From: Octopus sinensis
Lineage: Eukaryota
Direction: 5' to 3'
Assembly (NCBI RefSeq): GCF_006345805.1
Contig: NW_021828737.1
Coordinates: 1-7,871 of the forward strand
DNA length: 7,871 nt
Part shown: positions 1 to 6,756 of the stretch, piece by piece
Layout: each line of letters opens with the position of its first letter
How positions within the stretch are numbered: position 1 is the first letter of the stretch
Made by a program: the position numbers and the translations under genes
Notes under the pieces: generated by a model
Databases searched by the model: none
What the model saw: only the letters and a program-made list of their open reading frames with translations
Told to the model about the DNA's origin: nothing

Positions 1-125
1 TATGTATATGGATTTATGCATGTATGTATGTATGTATGTATGTCTGTATGTATGTATGTAGATATGTATGTACGTATTTATGCACTTATGTATATATTTA
101 TGTGTGCATGTATTTACGTATTCAT
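1..125. repeat. Degenerate (TATG)n microsatellite
   Basis: Imperfect TATG/TGTA units from the window start; they generate ORF 16..216. Confidence 0.9.
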
Positions 126-227
126 GTTTCTGTGCATATATAGGAACAAATGTATAGCGCGTGCCGTTTTTAGGACGATTAATATTTTCTCCTCTTTTAA
201 TAACATTTTTTCTTAACTATGTGAGCA

Positions 228-325
228 ATGTACATGTATGTATGTATGTATGTATGTATGTATGTATGTATGTATGCATGTATGTATGTATGTATGTATG
301 TATGTATGTATGTATGTATGTATGT
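228..325. repeat. (TATG)n microsatellite
   Basis: Near-perfect TATG tandem run with isolated CATG variants. Confidence 0.97.
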
Positions 326-608
326 TAAACCATTGGAAGTGAAGGACTCCTAGCCTTTGTTAGGGCATCCTTCTGGGAGAAGGTAACTCAGGTAACTGGG
401 ATAACTCCGACATAAAACCTACGACTCAGTGATTACTGATGATGTTGACTTGTTCTTCTTTTCGGATTATGGCTGCTGTTGCTTAGTGAGTGGGATTGAC
501 TCAGTGCACGCCTTTCCTCACTTTAAAAAATCTTGCACAGGCATTGCACGATAACAACATTGATTAGCTTCGTGCAATGCCATACTCGATAACGAGGGGG
601 CAGCCACC
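326..608 (+). mobile_element. Putative non-autonomous RTE-related retroposon (SINE-like or bipartite) with an (ATGT)n tail
   Basis: Non-coding unique segment between two TATG tracts. 361-419 (GGGCATCCTTCTGGGAGAAGGTAACTC...ATAAAACC) resembles, from memory, the RTE 5'UTR motif GGGCAACCAGTCTAGGAGAAGGAAAACTC...AAACC. The 3' end CTCG-ATAA-CGAG-GGGGCAGCCA matches the LINE-like 3' end at 841-862. Several hairpins are present. Confidence 0.55.
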
Positions 609-733
609 ATGTATTTATGTATGTATGTATGTATGTGTACGTATGTATGTATGTATGTATGTATGTATGTATGTATGTATGTATGTATGTTATGTATGCA
701 TGTACGTATGCATGCATGTATGTATGGGTGTAT
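609..733 (+). repeat. (ATGT)n microsatellite, probable tail of the upstream element
   Basis: Begins immediately after ...GCAGCCACC and decays towards 733. Confidence 0.95.
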
Positions 734-869
734 GTATGCTTGTCAAGAGCAGGGCTCATTAGCCACCAACGGAGCCGCAAATGCAAAATATAAGTTAGTC
801 CTAGAGCGCACAATATTCCTGAAGGTCGGCAATGGTCTTCTTCGGTCACGAGCGGACGGCCATCATGTA
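734..869 (+). mobile_element. 3' stub of an RTE-clade LINE: end of the ORF (zinc-knuckle half) plus 3'UTR
   Basis: 734-793 translates VCLSRAGLISHQRSRKCKI*, matching the CxSRxGLxSHxR C-terminal zinc-knuckle motif typical of RTE ORFs. A ~70-nt 3'UTR follows, ending in TTCG-GTCA-CGAG-CGGACGGCCA-TC-ATGTA. Confidence 0.7.
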
Positions 870-911
870 AGGATGGATGCAGGTGTGTATGTTGACCAGC
901 ATATGAAGATG

Positions 912-1132
912 TAGGAGGGGTGCTGAAAATTTTCTGGCTTTAAGGGTATCGCAAAAGGCCTATTTGAAGGCCCAAAATTTCGAGTTCATTTACAGAGCTT
1001 AGAAAAACTGAAGGACCACTGCAATAGGAGTGTGAATTTGAGAGGGGAATACGTTGCATAAAATCATAATTGACTGATCCCCCAGTATTTTCTTTTACCC
1101 AATTGACTGACTCCAAGTATTTTCTTTACGCC
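912..1132 (+). mobile_element. Internally deleted mariner remnant (left TIR joined to transposase C-terminus)
   Basis: TA at 912-913, then TIR-like GGAGGGGTGCTGAAAATTTTCTGGCTTT (914-941). 993-1061 translates QSLEKLKDHCNRSVNLRGEYVA*, resembling the mariner C-terminal GIxKLxxRWxKCxxxxGxYVE motif. No intact right TIR. Confidence 0.75.
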
Positions 1133-1397
1133 ATTAGCCACAAAGAACAATCTTTGATTCGAGCCTACTCTAAGCTACTAAGAATGTGTGTGGCAACTTG
1201 AAGATCCACCCACCTCACGCGATAGACTGGCGGTTGCACGGGCGCGAAAGCTACGTTGTTTTCCTCATTCCGTACACGGTGGCTTTTAACGGGTTTAGAA
1301 CTGAACCATCCTGGGGTACAGAGGATTCGCAATCTAGACTAGGGTCTGAAAGTTTACCGCACCATAGTGGGTTACACCACGGTTCCTCTGCTTTGTG

Positions 1398-1572
1398 GCA
1401 GAAGTAGGAAGAAAGAGTGAGAGAAAGTTGTGGTGAAAGAGTACAGCGGGGGCCTCTTGGAGCTTAGGTGTTTTTGCTCAATAAACACTCACAATGCACG
1501 GTCTGAGAATCGAAACCGCATTCTTACGACCGCGAGTCCGCTGCCCTAACCACTGGGCCATTGTGCCTCTAC
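1398..1572 (-). mobile_element. tRNA-derived SINE (family C here), 5' portion, 3'-truncated
   Basis: Minus strand reads GTAGAGGCACAATGGCCCAGTGGTTAGGGCAGCGGACTCGCGGTCG...GCGGTTTCGATTCTCAG. Pol III A box TGGCCCAGTGG at 1560-1550 and B box GGTTTCGATTC at 1517-1507, followed by non-tRNA body sequence. Confidence 0.85.
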
Positions 1573-1778
1573 TTGTTGTTGCTATTGTCGTCATCGTCGC
1601 CCTTACTGTTTCCATTAAAGTATAAATCATTGTGATGCCAACACAGTGTGGAGAAAAATATGACCTCTCTTGCAATATAAGTGGCGGTGATAAATCATGA
1701 TCAATTTCTTTTTTGTCTATCTCGCTTCGTTCATGATAGACCGACCAATGATGTAGATAATACGATGGCAACTTCCAT

Positions 1779-1881
<103 letters not shown>

Positions 1882-1896
1882 TACAGACACACACAT

Positions 1897-2659
1897 ATGC
1901 ATACATACATACGTACATACATACATAAATGCATGCATGCACGCATACATACATACATACTTACATACATGCATACATACATATATACATACATACATAC
2001 TTACATACATACATACATACATATATACATACATATATACTTACATACATACATACATACTTACATACATGCATACATACAAACATGCATGCATACATAC
2101 ATGCATGCATGCATACATACATACATACATACATACATACATGCATGCATACATACATACATACACACTTACATACAAACACATACACACATACATGCAT
2201 ACATACATACATACATACATACATACATACGTACTACGTACATACATTCATACATACATACATGCATGCATGCATGCATACATACATACATACATACATA
2301 CATACATACATACATACATACACACTTACATACAAACACATACACACATACATGCATACATACATACATACATACATACATACATACGTACTACGTACAT
2401 ACATTCATACATACATACATACATGCATGCATGCATACATACATACATACATACATACATACATACATACATACATACATACACACTTACATACAAACAC
2501 ATACACACATACATGCATACATACATACATACATACATACGTACTACGTACATACATTCATACATACATACATACATGCATGCATGCATACATACATACA
2601 TACTACATACATACATACATACATACATACATACATACATACATACATACATACATACA
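1897..2659. repeat. Compound (TACA)n array with 20/40-bp sub-periodicity and a ~157-bp higher-order repeat
   Basis: TTAC landmark at 1961, 2001, 2041, 2061. CACTTACATACAAACAC at 2166, 2323, 2484. GTACTACGTACATACATTC at 2231, 2388, 2541. Confidence 0.95.
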
Positions 2660-2667
2660 CGCATACA

Positions 2668-3045
2668 ATGCGCGCTCAAATTGGGTACCTGGTACCTCGG
2701 CAGTTGACATTCGTTGTGAAAAACTGAAGGGTGGCAGTCAGTTCTGCTCTGCGGGAAACCTTTAAAGCTAATGAAGACATCATTTCCGATCTGCTGATAG
2801 AGTGTGTGGAATGTGAGTGTCTTTAAGATCCGAAAACAAAAGACTAAGTTCATGGAATGGTATGACAACTTTCTTCCAAAGCCTAAGTTGATCAAGAGCC
2901 AGCGATCGGCACAGAAAATTATGATGGTTGTTTTGTGGAATAAGAAAGACATCATTACCCTTGATTTTCTGGCACATACAGTGAACAGCGAGCGATATGT
3001 TGAGACACTAAAAATAGCTAAGAGCCATCGGGTGGGAGAGACAGA
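2668..3045 (+). pseudogene. Mariner (Tc1/mariner DD34D-type) transposase fossil, central region
   Basis: Reconstructed: WVP/RQLT (the mariner WVPHEL motif, split by a 7-bp duplication), FVVKN*RVAVSSAL..., *DPKTK (the YDPETK motif, TAA at 2824), then a frameshift to MEW...PKPKLIKSQRSAQKIMMVVLWNKKDIITLDFL...TVNSERYVETLK. Stops at 2725 and 2824; the DETW catalytic motif is degraded. Confidence 0.9.
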
Positions 3046-3085
3046 ACGAGAATCTGAAAATTGCATTTTTTTTAGATACAACTAT

Positions 3086-3161
3086 TGTGTGTGTGTGTGC
3101 GTGTGTGTGTGTGTGTGTGTGGCATATACGTACATGTGTATGTATGTATGTATGTAGTATG
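3086..3161. repeat. (TG)n followed by (TATG)n microsatellite
   Basis: Direct inspection. Confidence 0.9.
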
Positions 3162-3286
3162 TATTTTAAAATGTTTTTACAAATCTTCTTCATAAAGTCA
3201 CAATATTTGAAGAAAGACTGTCTTTAATTAAAAAATGTTATTTAAAAAAATTTGACACAAAGGTTCCTGCTATTCTGTTTTTAAGA

Positions 3287-3311
3287 ATAGATAGATAGAT
3301 AGATAGATAGT

Positions 3312-3404
<93 letters not shown>

Positions 3405-3480
3405 GATAGACAGACAGATAGTCAGACAGACAGACATGTATACATACACACACACAAACGCACAAATGCACACATAAGCA
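3287..3480. repeat. Compound (AGAT)n-(AGAC)n-(CA)n microsatellite
   Basis: AGAT run 3287-~3404 with one TT variant at 3311, grading into AGAC and then CA units. Confidence 0.95.
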
Positions 3481-3571
3481 CACGCTCGCGCAAAAGACAT
3501 TGAGAGGGAGAGGAGAAAGAAAGAAAAAAAACAATAAATAATATTGGGATAGAAAAAATTGAGACACCATA

Positions 3572-4012
3572 GGCGTAGGAGTGGCTGTGTGGTAAGAAGC
3601 TTGCTTACCAACCACATGGTTCCAGGCTCAGTCCCACTGCGTGGCACTTTGGGCAAGTGTCTTCTACTATAGCCTCGGGCCGGCCAAAGCCTTGTGAGTG
3701 GATTTGGTAGACGGAAACTAAAAGAAGCCCGTCGTATATATATGTATATATATATGTATATATATATGCATGTGTGTGTGTATATGTTTGTGTGTCTGTG
3801 TTTGCTCCCCCATCCCCCCAACATCGCTTGACAACCGATGCTGGTGTTTTTACGTCCCCGTCACTTAGCGGTTCGGCAAAAGAGACCGATAGAATAAGTA
3901 CAAGGCTTACAAAGAATAAGTCCTGGGGTCGAGTTGCTCGACAAAAAAGGCGGTGCTCCGGCATGGCTGCAGTCAAATGACTGAAACAAGTAAAAGAGTA
4001 AAAGAGTAAAAA
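3572..4012 (+). mobile_element. Full-length tRNA-derived SINE (family A here) with an internal AT/TG microsatellite
   Basis: A box TGGCTGTGTGG 3582-3592; B-box-like GGCTCAGTCCC 3625-3635; central TTGGGCAAGTGTCTTCTACTATAGCC; internal microsatellite ~3734-3802; (GTAAAAGA)n tail ~3990-4012; flanked by GAGACACC at 3561-3568 and 4013-4020. Confidence 0.92.
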
Positions 4013-4337
4013 GAGACACCGAGTGCATGCGAACTTAACTCAATGGTCAGATAAAAGAATATGGAGAGGAAAAGGGGAACGGTTTGAGAGTGTGAAGGAG
4101 AGTAACTACTGATATACCAATAACAGAGAGAGAAAAAGCTAGAGAGAGAGAGATGAAGAGAGGCAATATTTCTGCTAAGTAACTAACACTTCCTGTTGTT
4201 AAATAAACGTTAATAGCTTTCGTTCACACGGAATTCTTAGCTACAGATGTGACAGGTTCTTTTAATTTAGTTGCTCGGTCTCTCTTTAATTTGTTAAAGT
4301 TTGACTAATTAAACTCTTGTACTACAAGTAGTTATAT

Positions 4338-4468
4338 ATAACCACATCTTTAAATGCGTGTGTTTGTATGTGTGCGTGTACATATGTGTGTGTATAATAC
4401 ACACACACACATATACATATATATATATATAATTTATATATATTACATATTTATATTTGTACAAATAC

Positions 4469-4501
<33 letters not shown>

Positions 4502-4536
4502 TTACATATACCTACAAGGATATTTACAGGCATTCG

Positions 4537-4570
<34 letters not shown>

Positions 4571-4846
4571 ACATAACGTATCTATGTGTGTATATATATA
4601 TATATACATACATAATGTTTGTGTGTGTATATACATATATATATAGATATATAGCTGTGTATGTATATATATATATACATACATACATACATACATACAT
4701 GTTTGTCTGTGTATATATATGTAGATATAGATATAGCTCTGTGTATGTGTGTGTGTGTGTGTAATAGAATTTTAATTCGAGAAGATAAATAGTACACACA
4801 CACACACACACACCACACACGTACATGCGTGCGTATGTGCGTATGT
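4338..4846. repeat. Complex (AT)n/(TG)n/(CA)n/(TACA)n low-complexity tract
   Basis: Interleaved dinucleotide and tetranucleotide runs; they generate the YIYI-type ORFs. Confidence 0.93.
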
Positions 4847-5009
4847 TTAACAGCAGTTGATCGAGACGGTTGACACCTCACACTCGCAACAGAGCATTTT
4901 ACAAAATGTGAAATATTGCCCAACGTGTGTGTAGCAAGAACTTGAATTGTTGGTCCGTATAACGTGTTACACACTAATGTATAACTAATTTATTTGTGGC
5001 ATACCTGTC

Positions 5010-5112
5010 TGACACAGCGTTGGACAAAGCACCTCGCGGTATTCGTTCCCACCTTCGGCACTCTGCATTCAAATCCGAGGTCAACTTTGCCTTTCATCCT
5101 TTCGGAATCGAT
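5010..5112 (+). mobile_element. Degenerate SINE family B fragment
   Basis: TTCAAATCCGAGGTCAACTTTGCCTTTCATCCTTTCGG (5068-5105) aligns to TTCAAATTCCGCCGCTGTCGACTTTGCCTTTCATTCTTTTG (6361-6401) in the full copy. Confidence 0.75.
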
Positions 5113-5200
5113 TTTAAAAGATGTTTCAATCGTGTGTAAAGAATGGCGGAAATGTGAGATTATCGAACGAGATGTCTTGTAATAGGTCTTTTTTTCCCAG

Positions 5201-5339
5201 TCTTTTATCGTTCGCATGTTTCAGTCATTGGACTGCAACCATGCTAGAGCACCATCTTGAAGGGTTTAGTTGCAGAAATCAATCCCGGTACCACAGTTTT
5301 AAATCTGGTATTTATTCTATTGATCACTTTCGCCGAACC
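5201..5339 (-). mobile_element. SINE family A 3' fragment, inverted
   Basis: The reverse complement aligns to ~3870-3997; for example 5217-5236 (rc GCAGTCCAATGACTGAAACA) matches 3969-3988 at 19/20. Confidence 0.85.
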
Positions 5340-5710
5340 TTGGGTAAGTGTCTTTTTTACTATAGCCCCTGGCTGACCCATGCCTTGTGAGTATATTTGG
5401 TTGACAGAAACTGTGCAGAAGTCTGTTATATATGTGTATGTGTGTGAATGTGTGTGTGTGTGTGTGGTGTGTGTGTGTGTGTATGCGAGCGTGTTTGTGC
5501 GGGTTTGTGCGTGTGTGACTTTGTGTTTGCCCCCATGGTCGCTTGACCACCGATGTTGGTTTGTTTATGTATACTCCCGTTCGGCGAAAGACACAGAAAT
5601 AGTAAGTACCAAACGTTCAAAAATAAGTATTGGGTTAGAGAAAATCGGCTGACCCTCTCCCCTAAAATGTCTCCCCTAAAATGCCTTGTGCCTCTCTTGG
5701 AAATGATAAG
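5337..5710 (+). mobile_element. 5'-truncated SINE: family A body with a family B-type 3' tail
   Basis: TTGGGTAAGTGTCTTTTTTACTATAGCC...GCCTTGTGAGT aligns to 3649-3700. It has the same internal (TG)n position and GCTTGACCACCGATG..GTTCGGCGAAAG, but its end (CTCCCCTAAAAT..GCCTTGTGCC..GAAA) resembles 6460-6500 rather than 3940-4012. Confidence 0.75.
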
Positions 5711-5741
5711 AGAACAGTGGATTGATAGAAACGTGCAAACC

Positions 5742-5802
5742 TTCTGAGTTCAAATACCTCTGGGAGTCGATAAACTGAAGTGCTAGTTCAGGCCTTGTAC
5801 CT
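5742..5802 (+). mobile_element. Collapsed SINE family B remnant
   Basis: Three B-family motifs with the intervening sequence missing: TTCTGAGTTCAAAT, GAGTCGATAAA and TTCAGGCCTTGTACC. Confidence 0.6.
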
Positions 5803-5831
5803 TTAATTAAAAACACTTCAGTCAATAAAAC

Positions 5832-6175
5832 AGGTGGATTGACAGAACCGTGAGCGCATCGGACAAAAATCCCTTGCGTTTTTTATTCCGGCTCTATACG
5901 TATTGAGTTAAAATCTCGCCGTGATCAATTTCGCCTCTCATCCCCCTAGGGTCGTGCTCCGCAACCGGAGTGCTGCAACATATTGGTGTGCTACGAGGCA
6001 ATGCTAGGTGTGTCGCAGTGTAACCTAATTTTTTCCCCTATACTTTTAGTTATATTCTTAGTTCAGGTGTGCAGCCGAATTCTGAAAAGAATATAAGTGT
6101 GCCACAAATGAAAAAAAGGGTTGCGGAGTACTGCACTAGGGTCACGAAAATCAAGTACCAGCCAACTACTATAGT
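5832..6175 (+). mobile_element. Degenerate SINE family B copy interrupted by a MITE
   Basis: GACAGAACCGTGAGCGCATCGGACAAAAAT...GAGTTAAAATCTCGCCGTGATCAATTTCGCCTCTCATCC up to 5951. It resumes after the MITE as GGGTCACGAAAATCAAGTACCAG (compare GAAGTCGATAAATTAAGTACCAG at 6401-6423). Confidence 0.7.
5952..6133. mobile_element. hAT-type (Charlie-like) MITE, ~182 bp
   Basis: TIRs GTGCTCCGCAACC (5954-5966) and GGTTGCGGAGTAC (6119-6131) match at 12/13. The right end is ...CTG, i.e. a CAG terminus. Subterminal GTGTGCC-like motifs are present. 8-bp flanks CCCTAGGG (5944-5951) and CACTAGGG (6134-6141) match at 7/8 with a central CTAG. Confidence 0.82.
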
Positions 6176-6283
6176 CATGCATGAATTCCTGTACTTGATT
6201 TAGTTCTTTCTGGTTTTAGACTACAATAGAAAGGTTTGTTATTGTTATTATTACTATTAGCAAGCTGGTAGAATCGTAAGCTT

Positions 6284-6500
6284 AAGGCAGCGAGCTGGCA
6301 GAATCGTTAACACACCGGGCAAAATGCTTAGCGGCATATCGTTCGTCCTTACGTTCCAAGTTCAAATTCCGCCGCTGTCGACTTTGCCTTTCATTCTTTT
6401 GAAGTCGATAAATTAAGTACCAGTGAAACACTGGGGTCGATGTAATCATCTAGTCCCTTCTCCCCTACAATTTTAGGCCCTGTGCCTATAGCAGAAAGGA
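6284..6500 (+). mobile_element. Full-length tRNA-derived SINE family B, with a partial 5' duplicate at 6259-6281
   Basis: A-box-like TGGCAGAATCG 6296-6306; B box GTTCAAATTCC 6360-6370; 3' end GGCCCTGTGCCTATAGCAGAAAGGA followed by an (ATA/ATT/GTT)n tail 6500-6559. Confidence 0.9.
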
Positions 6501-6557
6501 TTATAATAATAATAATTTTAAAAATTATTATTATTATTGTTGTTGTTGTTGTTGTTG

Positions 6558-6696
6558 TTAGCTCGCTGGGTAAAATGCTTAGCAGCATTTCGTCTTTACG
6601 TTCTGAGTTCAAATTCTGCCGGAGTCGACTTTGCTTAGCACCATCGACTAGCCCCCTCCCCACACAATTTCAGGCCCTTGTGCCTATAGTAGAAAG

Positions 6697-6698
<2 letters not shown>
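6558..6698 (+). mobile_element. SINE family B, 5'-truncated and internally deleted
   Basis: AAAATGCTTAGC...GAGTTCAAATTCTGCCGGAGTCGACTTTGC jumps to ATCGACTAGCCCC...GGCCCTTGTGCCTATAGTAGAAAGGA; (ATT)n tail 6698-6756. Confidence 0.88.
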
Positions 6699-6727
<29 letters not shown>

Positions 6728-6756
6728 ATTATTATTATTATTATTATTATTATTAT

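Noticed and set aside
436-480. Hammerhead core motif CTGATGA
   Set aside because: There is no downstream stem II followed by GAAA, so the core cannot be completed.
504-596. HDV-like ribozyme or pseudoknot (GTGCA/TGCAC, GCCT/AGGC, long P4-like stem)
   Set aside because: I could not place valid P2 and P3 helices, and the two short pairings lack the linker needed to form together.
603-914. Perfect Kozak GCCACCATG (603-611) opening a 101-aa ORF
   Set aside because: It is created by the element's 3' end GCCACC meeting the ATGT tail. The ORF is microsatellite plus an off-frame reading of the LINE stub, with no evidence of a promoter or expression.
1500-1572. tRNA gene (also considered at 3572-3640 and 6284-6375)
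   Set aside because: A and B boxes are present, but there is no complete cloverleaf or oligo-T terminator, and each head continues into SINE body sequence.
2166-2600. CRISPR-like repeat-spacer array
   Set aside because: The sequence between landmarks is repetitive TACA rather than unique spacers; the context is eukaryotic and there are no cas genes.
1897-2765. Long ORFs of 256-278 aa (HTYI-repeat) and their antisense MYVC ORFs
   Set aside because: They are translations of the stop-free (TACA)n array. The only meaningful residues are the mariner fossil at their 3' ends.
2804-3157. 117-aa ORF as a functional or domesticated transposase
   Set aside because: It starts after the degraded first catalytic Asp motif, has upstream stops and a frameshift, and decays into TG repeats before the remaining catalytic residues.
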